DNA of 63,495 nucleotides, filler included, from Lentisphaeria bacterium (GTDB lineage: Bacteria > Verrucomicrobiota > Lentisphaeria > JABSQK01 > JAWLHB01): the NCBI GenBank assembly GCA_041690595.1. It is 3 parts of 3 records of this genome, joined end to end, with 100 filler letters (N's around TTAATTAATTAA, not from the genome) between each part and the next. Parts side by side here need not be neighbours in the genome. Positions count along the whole stretch, not along the records: positions 1 to 22,174 come from JAWLHB010000071.1; 2 more parts are not named here. The stretch is one strand, 5' to 3'. Position 1 is the stretch's first letter. Each line of letters opens with the position of its first letter. Under the pieces are notes generated by a model. That model was not told the DNA's origin, ran no database searches, and saw only the letters and a program-made list of their open reading frames with translations. Position numbers and translations under genes: made by a program. Below, piece after piece: positions 9,900 through 19,310 of the stretch.

Positions 9900-11776
9900 A
9901 AGAGTATCAATTGAATGTCGATCCGCGCATCTTGGAACTTCTCGGCCCGAATCTCTACACGAACATTTACTACGTGCTGGCGGAGTTGATTGCCAATGCG
10001 TATGACGCAGACGCAAAGAACGTCTACATCATTGCCAACAAGGATGACATCCGGGTTGAAGACGATGGCCACGGCATGTCCTACGAGAAGGGCGATATCA
10101 CCAACTATCTAAATGTCGCTGGCGTTTCACGAATCAAAGAAGCCGACTCGTTCTCCAAGTCTGGTGCGCGCCGAAAAATGGGACGCAAGGGAGTCGGGAA
10201 ACTGGCTGCGCTGTCGGTGTCTGAAAATGTCGACATCTTGACCGTGGCAGATGGCGAGAAGTCAGGATTCGTCCTTTCTCGCCATCCAGATGAAGGCAGC
10301 AAGCTCAAAGCAATTGCCGACGCCGACATCACTTTCGATCATGTCGTAGACCATGGCTCCGCCATCGTGATGCGCAACCCGCAGTACAGACTCCACAAGA
10401 CGCTTGCTGCCGTAAAGCGCAATCTTCTGAAGATTTTTCCCTTGATCAATGCTGATTTTCGCATCCACGTCATCAGGGGGCAGGAATCCGAGATGATCGA
10501 CGATTTCGACAGAAACGTGATGGCGGAGCTCGGCACGCTGATCGCGCTTGGTGATGAGTATTCGCCATTGATCGACCTCGTACCAGATATCTATCCACAA
10601 AGGCGAATGGACCTGGTCACCAGCAGGGACGAGAAAGCCATTCCCCTGGTCATGAAGGACAACGAAGGGGTCGAGCACGAATACACCCTTCAGATCGCCG
10701 GTTGGATCGGGACATACAAAACGACGCGAGGTCGCAAGGCCGAGATGTCGGATTTTCCTGATAACTTCATCTCGCTGTTCGCGAACAAAAAGATGGGGGA
10801 GTTCAATATCCTACCTGTCGTTGGCCAGAACAAGTTGAATGAGGTTTATGTCGTTGGGCAACTACACGTCGACTTGTTCGAGCTGACCGAACTGCCGGAT
10901 ATGGCATTGAGCAACCGCCAGGGATACAAATCTGACGATCCGCGATATATCGCAGTTCTGGACTATGTGAGGAAGGAGCTGCTGGCGGAGATTCTGAGAA
11001 AGCGAGAAATTTTCACAGACATAGGAAAGGCGAAGAAGAAGCAGAAAAAGCAAGACGAGCAAAAAGACAATGAGGAACGGCTCCGGCGCAATGTCGATGA
11101 CTTCCGCAGGAAGGCAAGCGAAGAAGCCGCCAACAACCTGCTGGACCTTGGCTCTGGTTTGTCTCGCGAAGCGATCGAAGGTGCCATCACAAAATCGATA
11201 AACGACAACAGCCCAGACCTTGGGCTGAAGTCGCTCATCGATTCCCAGAAGAAAAAGATACTCATCAGTCAGACCTATCCTGACAAACCGTTCGCCGACA
11301 TCATTTATCAGATGCTCCTGCACAACAACGTGCCGGCCGAGGACATCCTGTACACGAATTGTGATGATGAAATCTGCCGCGTACCCGAAGGCAGAGGTGT
11401 CTACGACTATTTGAGAGATTTTTTCGTAGAGAGCTATTCGACCCAGAAAATATTTGTCCTTTTCGTGACGAGCGAGAACACCAAGGTGTCATGGGGTGCG
11501 ATCACGGAAGTGGGCGCGTCCTGGATCACCCAGGTCGACCACAAGATCTTCAATGTTCATCCGTTCAGACCCGAGCATCCTCTGAACGATGAGGTGCAGT
11601 GGCAAAGCACCAACCGGGAGGAACCAACCAGAGGCGAGCTTTGGATGATCCCACTGAACGCGGATGTCTTCTGCCAGAAGATCGAAGCGGTCTGTGATGC
11701 GCTGGGTTATGAGAAGAAGACCAGAGCTGACAACAAAGCGTACCTCGGGACGCTGATTCCTATTCGAAGCGCCTGA
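9896..11776 (+). CDS. GHKL/MORC-type ATPase with coiled coil and C-terminal TIR-like domain
   Basis: N-box LAELIANAYDAD, G1 EDDGHGM, G2 GRKGVGKLA. A Lys/Glu-rich helical linker follows. Residues about 454-560 (KILISQ...DKPFADIIYQML...DILYT...IFVLFVTSEN...SWGAITEVGASW) follow the TIR beta-alpha pattern. Confidence 0.8.
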   Translation: MKEYQLNVDPRILELLGPNLYTNIYYVLAELIANAYDADAKNVYIIANKDDIRVEDDGHGMSYEKGDITNYLNVAGVSRIKEADSFSKSGARRKMGRKGVGKLAALSVSENVDILTVADGEKSGFVLSRHPDEGSKLKAIADADITFDHVVDHGSAIVMRNPQYRLHKTLAAVKRNLLKIFPLINADFRIHVIRGQESEMIDDFDRNVMAELGTLIALGDEYSPLIDLVPDIYPQRRMDLVTSRDEKAIPLVMKDNEGVEHEYTLQIAGWIGTYKTTRGRKAEMSDFPDNFISLFANKKMGEFNILPVVGQNKLNEVYVVGQLHVDLFELTELPDMALSNRQGYKSDDPRYIAVLDYVRKELLAEILRKREIFTDIGKAKKKQKKQDEQKDNEERLRRNVDDFRRKASEEAANNLLDLGSGLSREAIEGAITKSINDNSPDLGLKSLIDSQKKKILISQTYPDKPFADIIYQMLLHNNVPAEDILYTNCDDEICRVPEGRGVYDYLRDFFVESYSTQKIFVLFVTSENTKVSWGAITEVGASWITQVDHKIFNVHPFRPEHPLNDEVQWQSTNREEPTRGELWMIPLNADVFCQKIEAVCDALGYEKKTRADNKAYLGTLIPIRSA

Positions 11777-11787
11777 GGGAAGCTGGC

Positions 11788-14700
11788 ATGGCACACAACA
11801 CGAACCCCAACGCATGGATCGCCATTGATCATGGTCTCGGCACCGACTACAGGCTTGCGCCCTACGCCCTGGTTCTTAGGGGCGAACGCTCCCTTTATCA
11901 GGCCATCGAGGAGGACGACTGGGTTCTGGTCCTGAACCCCGCTGGCGACATCACCCGTGTCGGGCGTGTGCTGCGGGTTCGTTCCGATCTCAAGACCACC
12001 ACGCTCTATTTCGACCGACTGCTGTCGGTCACCGACCCCGTCTCGATCGGCCTCACTGCACTCACGCCACCGTCTTCGGGAAGTATTGGTCGGGTCCAGT
12101 GGACCGATTTCGTCGAAGCCCTGCCCAAGGCATTACACAAGACCATCGCCGACGTGCCGACGGTCGGGTCTGACGCCCGTTCACCCCAGCATCAGCAGGA
12201 ACTCGCCTATATCCGCGAATTGCTGCAACTGGCCGTGATGGACGATCTGCTCGGTCCGGCTGGCGGTCCTCATGAGCGTATCGTCGACATGGGTGTGCGG
12301 GATCGCTATCTGGTGGGCAAGCTTGCTCCGCGTGAGGCAGCACAGGGCGGCATCGAAGGGCTCGAAGGGCCACTGGCAAACGACGATGCCGAAGAGCCTA
12401 GCGATCCCCAAGCACCAGGCCAGCACGAACCAGGCGCGGAGTTCGGCACGGCGACGGGGCGTGTCGAGCCCGAATCCGATGCGGCAGACGAGATCGACGC
12501 GGCCAGCAATCAGTCGCTGGTGCCGAGTAGCCTCGGCATGACCTTTTGCGTGGATGGCGACGCCGAGCGAATCGAGATCGAAGTGCGCTGGGGTCGCTAT
12601 GAGCGCAGCGACGAGCACGAGATCTCCCGCACCCGCAAGAACAAGGAGACCGGCGCCGAGGAGCAGACCAAGGCGAAGGTATGGCAGCGCATCCCCTGCG
12701 GCGGCAAGCTGGTGCTGCCGCTCACCGAAGGCGTGATCCCCCATCAAGCGCCGGATAAGAGCTATCCCGAAGTGCGGGTGCAAGGCTCCGTGCGTGCCAA
12801 GAACGCGAACGGTGACCGCCTGGTGACATTGTTCCTGGTCAATGCACAGGAAGAACCCGAGACCAACCGGGATTCCGCCTGGGTGTTCCAGCCGGAGCTG
12901 ATCGTTCGATCGGAAGCAGAAGCCCCCAAGCGCGCCATCTTCCGCCGCCGGCCCGTACTGGATGCGGACGGCATGGACCCGGAGCGTGAATCGCTGGAGA
13001 TGATCTACCGCAACCGGGTGGAGTTCGCGGTGGGTCATGGCGTCGCCGTCCATGCCGACACGGCGGATGACGTGACGCTGGCCACCGAGGTGCGCACCAC
13101 CGTCATGCCGCAGTACGAGGTACAGGTCACCGAGACACCGGGTCTCGATCCTGCCGACCGACCGGCGATGAAAGAAATGGTGAGCAGTGGTCTGCTCGAC
13201 ATGCAGCGCCTCGCCAACCTGGACATCGATCCACTGGTCGATGCCCTGAATCTGCTGACCAAGGATTACGCCGCGTGGATCGGCGAGCAGCGTGCTCGGG
13301 TCAGTGTCGACGTGCTCGGCTACGACGCGCAGGCCCGACAGGCGATGGATCGATGCCAGGAGATCCATACGCGTCTGCAGCAGGGCATCGATACTCTCAA
13401 GAGCGACGAGAGAGCGCTGGCAGCCTTCCGTTTCGCCAACCAGGCGATGGCCACGCAGCGCGTGCGTAGCCAATACTCCCTCGAAATCCGGCGCGGTAAG
13501 GACGTCACCGTCGACCAGTGCGACGTGCTGAAGAACCGCAGCTGGCGCCCGTTCCAGTTGGCTTTCCTGCTGCTGTCGATCCCATCGCTGGCCGACCCGA
13601 CGCACCCGGATCGCATGCAGCCCGTCGAAGCCTATGCCGATCTCTTGTGGTTCCCCACCGGTGGCGGCAAGACCGAGGCCTACCTAGGTGTGGCCGCCTT
13701 CACCATGGCCATTCGGCGCATGCAGGGCAACCTGGGCGGCTACGACGGCTCGCGCGGTCTCGCCGTGATCATGCGTTACACCCTTCGCCTTCTGACGTTG
13801 CAGCAGTTCCAGCGTGCCACGGCATTGATCTGTGCGATGGAGGTGCTGCGTCGCGAGGCGCTGGCCAAGGGTGACGAATCGCTCGGCACCGAACCCTTCA
13901 CCATCGGACTGTGGGTCGGCAACAAGGTGACGCCGGGCACAACCGAGGACAGCCATCGGGCCATCGAGGACATCCGCAACCCCGGCAAGTACAACGCCGG
14001 GGCGGCGTCTCCCGCGCAACTGACCAGTTGCCCCTGGTGTGGCTCCGAAGTCGCCCCTGGGCGCGACGTAGAGGTCGACAAGGGGCGTGGGCGCACCTTC
14101 GTCTACTGCGGCGACAAGAAAGGCCGCTGTGACTTCTCTAAGGGCAAGTCCAGCAAGCTCCCTCACCCGGGCATCCCGGTGCTCGTCGTGGACGAGGAGA
14201 TCTACCACCGTCCCCCGACGATGATGATCGCCACCGTGGACAAGTTCGCCATGATGGCGTGGCGGGGCCAGGTACGCACGCTGTTCGGCCGGGTTGGCCA
14301 GGAATGCGAGCGGCACGGCCTGCTATGGCAGGGCGCGGACTGCAATGGCAATCACCAAGCCGGCAGGGGACTCGGTGCGACCAAGGTCAAGAATATGAGC
14401 CCGATCCGACCGCCGGATCTGATCATCCAGGACGAGTTCCACCTGATCAGTGGGCCGCTCGGCACCATGGTTGGCCTGTACGAGACGGCCGTGGACGAAC
14501 TGTGCGGCTGGAAGTTTGGCGAACGTATGGTCAAGCCGAAGATCATCGCGTCGACCGCCACGGTGCGTAAGGCCCGCGAGCAGGTGAACAACGTCTTCAT
14601 GCGCCAAGTGTCGGTGTTCCCGCCGCATGGGCTGGACGTGGAGGACAACTACTTCTCTGTCCAACGACCCATCGAGGACAAGCCGGGACGGCGCTACCTC

Positions 14701-15813
14701 GGGGTCTGCTCTCCCGGAAGTTCACGACCTGCGATGCTGATTCGCGTCTACACGGCATTCCTGACCGCTGCTCAGGCGTTGTTCGACCGCTTCGGCGAGC
14801 CCGCAGACCCCTACATGACCATGGTCGGCTACTTCAACTCGCTGCGAGAGCTGGGGGGTATGAAGCGCTTGGCCGAGGACGACGTGCAGACGCGTTCCTA
14901 TCGGGTGCAGATGAGCATGGTCGAGCGCCCCGCGCTGGCGCAACGCAGCGTCAGCAACATCCGCGAGCTGACATCCCGCGTCTCCAGCCAGGACATCCCG
15001 AAGTACCTCGACAACCTCGAGGTGAAGTTCAAGTCCGAGTTCGATGACTCAGCCGGCAAGTACGTGACCAAGTGGCAAGAGGGCGACACCCGGGCGATCG
15101 ACGTGGTGCTGGCCACTAACATGCTGTCGGTGGGGGTGGACGTCAACCGGCTGGGACTGATGGCGGTCAATGGCCAGCCCAAGGGCACGGCGGAATACAT
15201 CCAGGCCACCAGCCGTGTGGGGCGTTCCTTTCCAGGCTTGGTCTGCACCGTGCTCACCTGGGCACGGCCACGCGACCTCTCGCACTACGAGACCTTCGAG
15301 CACTACCACGCCACCTTCTACAAGCACGTCGAAGCGCAGTCGGTGACACCCTTCTCGCCGCGCGCGATGGACCGAGGCCTGACCGGCTCGCTGCTGAGCC
15401 TGATGCGCCTGGAGAACGATGTGTTCAGCCCCAACGAGGGGGCAGGCAAGTTGGACAAGTCAGATCAGAGCGAGATCACCGATGCCATCGATGTGCTCGT
15501 CAAACGGGCATGGAATGTCAGCGAACTGTCCAGCACCAAGAGCCTGGCCGAACAGGAACTGAAGGAGCGCGCAGACGAGTGGGCCAAGGAGGTGGGCAAA
15601 GGCGGCCGCATCCTGGCCTATGAGAAGCGCGGCCCCGAGAAGGACAAGACCGTTGCATTGATCAGGTCACCGGGCATCCAGGCCTGGGACAACTGGACCG
15701 TGCCCATGTCGATGCGTGAGGTGGAGCCCGGTGTGCGCTTGATCATGAATACCAGCCGCATCTCGGACGACCACAATTGGAAGCCTCGTCCTGCGACGAA
15801 GGATGAGGATTGA
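11788..15813 (+). CDS. drmA: DISARM SF2 helicase DrmA
   Basis: FPTGGGKT, IIQDEFHL, STAT, ATNMLSVGVDV, YIQATSRVGR, CPWC zinc motif; acidic loop at about aa 180-245. Confidence 0.93.
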   Translation: MAHNTNPNAWIAIDHGLGTDYRLAPYALVLRGERSLYQAIEEDDWVLVLNPAGDITRVGRVLRVRSDLKTTTLYFDRLLSVTDPVSIGLTALTPPSSGSIGRVQWTDFVEALPKALHKTIADVPTVGSDARSPQHQQELAYIRELLQLAVMDDLLGPAGGPHERIVDMGVRDRYLVGKLAPREAAQGGIEGLEGPLANDDAEEPSDPQAPGQHEPGAEFGTATGRVEPESDAADEIDAASNQSLVPSSLGMTFCVDGDAERIEIEVRWGRYERSDEHEISRTRKNKETGAEEQTKAKVWQRIPCGGKLVLPLTEGVIPHQAPDKSYPEVRVQGSVRAKNANGDRLVTLFLVNAQEEPETNRDSAWVFQPELIVRSEAEAPKRAIFRRRPVLDADGMDPERESLEMIYRNRVEFAVGHGVAVHADTADDVTLATEVRTTVMPQYEVQVTETPGLDPADRPAMKEMVSSGLLDMQRLANLDIDPLVDALNLLTKDYAAWIGEQRARVSVDVLGYDAQARQAMDRCQEIHTRLQQGIDTLKSDERALAAFRFANQAMATQRVRSQYSLEIRRGKDVTVDQCDVLKNRSWRPFQLAFLLLSIPSLADPTHPDRMQPVEAYADLLWFPTGGGKTEAYLGVAAFTMAIRRMQGNLGGYDGSRGLAVIMRYTLRLLTLQQFQRATALICAMEVLRREALAKGDESLGTEPFTIGLWVGNKVTPGTTEDSHRAIEDIRNPGKYNAGAASPAQLTSCPWCGSEVAPGRDVEVDKGRGRTFVYCGDKKGRCDFSKGKSSKLPHPGIPVLVVDEEIYHRPPTMMIATVDKFAMMAWRGQVRTLFGRVGQECERHGLLWQGADCNGNHQAGRGLGATKVKNMSPIRPPDLIIQDEFHLISGPLGTMVGLYETAVDELCGWKFGERMVKPKIIASTATVRKAREQVNNVFMRQVSVFPPHGLDVEDNYFSVQRPIEDKPGRRYLGVCSPGSSRPAMLIRVYTAFLTAAQALFDRFGEPADPYMTMVGYFNSLRELGGMKRLAEDDVQTRSYRVQMSMVERPALAQRSVSNIRELTSRVSSQDIPKYLDNLEVKFKSEFDDSAGKYVTKWQEGDTRAIDVVLATNMLSVGVDVNRLGLMAVNGQPKGTAEYIQATSRVGRSFPGLVCTVLTWARPRDLSHYETFEHYHATFYKHVEAQSVTPFSPRAMDRGLTGSLLSLMRLENDVFSPNEGAGKLDKSDQSEITDAIDVLVKRAWNVSELSSTKSLAEQELKERADEWAKEVGKGGRILAYEKRGPEKDKTVALIRSPGIQAWDNWTVPMSMREVEPGVRLIMNTSRISDDHNWKPRPATKDED

Positions 15814-17675
15814 ACATGACGACGACCAATAAGACTCCAGTCGGAGAAGTTAGACCCAGCCAGTTGCTCTGGACCTACGGGCCAGGGGCATTGATCGACC
15901 TGCCGAGCCTGTCCGTCGTGACGCTCGGCATCGACCGATGGGAGAAGGACCGCTGCCAACCAATCCAGGAAGCCAGACTGCTGGCCGCCGTTCGGAAGGT
16001 GCTTGGAGCACAGGTCGAGAACCTGCGGATGCCGCCGTTCCAGAAAAGCGAGCTCGTCGATGTCTGGTCGGCCGAGGCCAACATCGGCGTTCCCGTTCGG
16101 CCGTTCCCGCGTTGGATGCGCTGCGTGAAGTGCGGCCTGCTGTCCCCGATCGAGTCAGGACTTTTCAGAATCAAGGAAAATCGATATCGGCCAGAGATGA
16201 CACGTTTCGTTCATGAGTCGTGTCGCGGTTGGGATGGAAAAGGAAGGGCATGGAATGCAGATGTAGTACCGGCTAGATTGCTTCTGGCATGTCGTGACGG
16301 GCATCTGGATGATTTTCCATGGCACTATTTCGCTCACCGGGGACCGAGCTGCTGCAAAGGCACACTTCGGTTCATCGAGAGTGGCGCTTCTCTCCAGACG
16401 GAAAACCTGTGGGTAAAGTGTGACGAATGCGGGTCTGCGATGAACCTCGCGCAAGCATTCGGCAGGGCAGGTAAGGTAAATCTCCCAGCCTGTCGGGGCC
16501 GCCACCCCCACCTCGACCACTTCGATAACGAATGTGGCGAGGAGGCGCGGGCGGTTCTATTGGGCGCCACGAATAGCTGGTTCCCGATTACGCTCTCCGC
16601 CCTCGCGATTCCCCAGACCAAGGACCCACTCAGTCAGCTGATCCAGGATGGTTGGGAGTTCTTCGAGGAACTGGAATCCGAAGCCGAAGTGTCGGTGACG
16701 GTGAAGACCTTGAAGAAGACCGGGGCGCTGCCAGGGATCGACAAATATCCAGCGGCGGCGATCTGGTCGGCCATCAAGGCGCACCGTACTGGTGTCGGAC
16801 AGGAAGTCGTAGGTGAGGCGGACATCAAGGGCCCCGAGTGGGACGTGCTGACAGAGGCGAACCCACCCACGGACTACCCGCACTTCATGAGCAAGAAGGT
16901 CGGTACGCCACCGGCTTTTGCGAAGCACATCAGCAGGGTGCTGCTTCTGGAGCGACTGCGTGAGGTCAATGCCTTACTCGGTTTCACTCGCGTGGAGGCG
17001 CCCGAAGAAACGGGTGACCCGAACGAACGGCCCCAGATGGCCAACCTCTCACGAGGCAAACCGGACTGGGTTCCTGCAAACCAGGTGCATGGTGAGGGTA
17101 TCTTCATCCAGTTCGACGAGCAGGCGCTCGTCGCTTGGGAAGCACTACCTGCCGTCGCGCAGGTCGACAAGATGCACCGGGGAGGCCACAGGGGATGGCG
17201 CAATTCACGTCATCTCGATCCTGACGAGGGCTACCCCGGCATTCGCTACGCCATGCTCCACACACTCTCGCACCTGCTGATTCGTGAGCTGGCGTTGGAG
17301 TGCGGCTACAACGCAGCGAGTATCCGCGAGCGAATCTATGCCGACACCTCGGGCGAGAGTCCGCAGGCCGGTATCCTCATCTACACGGCAGCGGCGGACT
17401 CCGATGGAACGCTGGGCGGTCTCGTCGATCTCGGCAAGCCGGAGAATCTGGGTCGCCTATTGGAGCAAGCCTTGAATCGCTCGAAGATCTGCTCCTCTGA
17501 CCCGCTTTGCTCCGAGCACGATCCCGAGAAAGATCGCTCACTTCATGCTGCGGCGTGCCACGCTTGTAGCCTGGTGGCTGAGACCTCCTGCGAGCGCGGC
17601 AATCGCTACCTGGATCGGTCATTGCTGGTTCCGACCCTGGAACGCATCGACGCGGCTTTCTTCAAGGGCTTGTGA
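15810..17675 (+). CDS. drmB: DISARM DUF1998 protein DrmB
   Basis: VRPSQLLWTYGPGALIDLP N-terminus; LHTLSHLLI; C-terminal Cys cluster CSSDPLC...AACHAC...ETSCE. The start may instead be the ATG two codons downstream. Confidence 0.93.
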   Translation: MNMTTTNKTPVGEVRPSQLLWTYGPGALIDLPSLSVVTLGIDRWEKDRCQPIQEARLLAAVRKVLGAQVENLRMPPFQKSELVDVWSAEANIGVPVRPFPRWMRCVKCGLLSPIESGLFRIKENRYRPEMTRFVHESCRGWDGKGRAWNADVVPARLLLACRDGHLDDFPWHYFAHRGPSCCKGTLRFIESGASLQTENLWVKCDECGSAMNLAQAFGRAGKVNLPACRGRHPHLDHFDNECGEEARAVLLGATNSWFPITLSALAIPQTKDPLSQLIQDGWEFFEELESEAEVSVTVKTLKKTGALPGIDKYPAAAIWSAIKAHRTGVGQEVVGEADIKGPEWDVLTEANPPTDYPHFMSKKVGTPPAFAKHISRVLLLERLREVNALLGFTRVEAPEETGDPNERPQMANLSRGKPDWVPANQVHGEGIFIQFDEQALVAWEALPAVAQVDKMHRGGHRGWRNSRHLDPDEGYPGIRYAMLHTLSHLLIRELALECGYNAASIRERIYADTSGESPQAGILIYTAAADSDGTLGGLVDLGKPENLGRLLEQALNRSKICSSDPLCSEHDPEKDRSLHAAACHACSLVAETSCERGNRYLDRSLLVPTLERIDAAFFKGL

Positions 17676-17676
17676 C

Positions 17677-18438
17677 GTGGAGAAGCTCTTGGACGCTGTC
17701 GCAGCCGTGGTCTGTCTGGTCTCTCCAGAGAAGGTCCAGGCCATAGCCAGCCGGATTCGTCGGACTGATGCCAGCAAAGCAGCCGGTGCGCTGTCGGGCG
17801 CAGTAAGCACCCCCGTTGCTGCTGAGGTTGTGGATCAGCTCATCGACGCTTGGCGAAGCACCTCTGTAAACGCCGAGGAAGTGGCATCGATGCTGCTCGC
17901 CGCCGGCCACGTCTTCACCAAGGCCACCAATCAACAATCCACCGAACTCGTGTGGACGGGGCCGACGACACCCTTCGTCTCGGCACGACGAACCGAGCAG
18001 GCGCTACTCCAGGTCATCAACGCCGCTGAGCAGACCCTGTTCATCACCAGCTTCGTGGCCTATGACGTCTCGACCATCGTCAAGGCGCTGAATGCCGCAA
18101 ATGATCGCGGAGTGGTCATCTCCATGCTGCTCGAATTGTCTCAGGACCACGGCGGCAGCATCACCTTCGATGCTATCGGCAAGATGAGGACGCTGGTCCC
18201 CGCGGCAAGACTTTATGCTTGGCGAGACAAGGCCGACCCTTTCTCCGACGGACGCGTCCACGCCAAAGTCGCTGTAGCCGACGACAGGATGTGTTTCATC
18301 ACCAGCGCGAATTTGACCGGGCACGCCATGGAAAAAAACATGGAGGCTGGGGTACTGGTCTCAGGAGGAAACGTCCCCCAATTGCTCGCGCAGCACCTGC
18401 AGGCGTTGGTCGAGACCAGGGTGGTTGCTGAACTCTGA
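17677..18438 (+). CDS. drmC: DISARM phospholipase D-family nuclease DrmC
   Basis: ELVWTGP, HKD motif HAKVAVAD, ITSANLT, NMEAG; GTG start 1 nt after the drmB stop. Confidence 0.92.
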   Translation: MEKLLDAVAAVVCLVSPEKVQAIASRIRRTDASKAAGALSGAVSTPVAAEVVDQLIDAWRSTSVNAEEVASMLLAAGHVFTKATNQQSTELVWTGPTTPFVSARRTEQALLQVINAAEQTLFITSFVAYDVSTIVKALNAANDRGVVISMLLELSQDHGGSITFDAIGKMRTLVPAARLYAWRDKADPFSDGRVHAKVAVADDRMCFITSANLTGHAMEKNMEAGVLVSGGNVPQLLAQHLQALVETRVVAEL

Positions 18439-18639
18439 AAGGCTATTCTCGATTCTCCTCCGGACGAGGTCGCACTTTCTATCTATGTTTGTTTCTCCTT
18501 AGAGCCTCTTGTCGGCAATGAGCTGGCGCTTCCGCTCACCGACTCCGTCGCAGTCTGTGACGTGTGGCGGCGCCCTTGTCGGCCGACGACGGCATCATCC
18601 AGGTTTGATCTTCCGGTCTACCGCGGCACCTCGTCCGCC

Positions 18640-19310
18640 TAGGCTTCACTGGGCGGCGCTGTTCGCCCTGCTGGTGTCCGGCCGCACTCAGGTCCACCAG
18701 GTCGAGATCCCAGACACCGTCCCGGAGCTCCGGCCGGGCATCCTACAGGGCTATCTCGACCCGGAGGCCCTGCCGGACAGTGCTGCGCTCGTGCCGCAGC
18801 CGCCCGCGGAAGGCTCCACCGCCCTGGCGCGAGACCAGGAGGCCTCGGCCTCCGCCCTAAGTCTGCGCGGCACCCCACGCTGGAACCTCGCCGCGGCGGA
18901 CGCGGCCCTGACCTTTCCGGAATCCGCGGGCAGCTTCTCGTACGCGCTCGGCGCACCCATCACCGAACAGGCCGCGCCAAACCTCTACATGCTGCTCCGC
19001 CGTTCGCTGGCGGATCGCCCTGTCGACCTTTGCCGCCAAGAGTCGATATGAGCGTCCGCGGCCATTCATGGTGAACGGCGAGCCGGTCTGCACCCCCGAG
19101 AATGAGGAGGAAGCGCGCGGCAACGGCTCCTACCCCTCCGGCGCCGCGGCCGTCGCCCGGCTGCACGCCGATCCCGTGTTCCGCGCCCAGCCCGACGGGG
19201 CGCGCGGCGAGGTTGACGCACTCCTCGCTAGCGGCGAGTCTCCGGCCCGGGACTGCGCGGCCGAAGCGGCAGCCCTCGACCAGACCGACGGCTCAGGAGG
19301 CCGAACCGCA
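18640..19310 (+). pseudogene. Class A nonspecific acid phosphatase (PAP2) pseudogene
   Basis: GYLDPEALPDS...PQPPAEGS, then a frameshift near 19015-19020 into KSRYERPRPF. The SYPSG motif lacks the catalytic His and joins directly to AAAVARLH, so the SRxxxxxHxxxD motif is deleted. No stop before rlmJ. The 5' coordinate is approximate. Confidence 0.8.

Larger units (their letters stand above)
852..18438 (+). other. Class 1 DISARM anti-phage locus with extra C5 methyltransferase, Vsr and an inserted GHKL-TIR gene
   Basis: Gene order C5-MTase, Vsr, SNF2 helicase, adenine MTase, GHKL ATPase, SF2 helicase, DUF1998, PLD. All are co-oriented with overlapping or near-abutting stop/start codons (TAATG, ATGA). 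The drmD-drmMI-drmA-drmB-drmC core matches class 1 DISARM. Confidence 0.93.

Noticed and set aside
11788..12200. DrmA N-terminal extension as a novel domain
   Set aside because: The overall length and loop position are in line with described class 1 DrmA proteins, so there is no evidence it is unusual.
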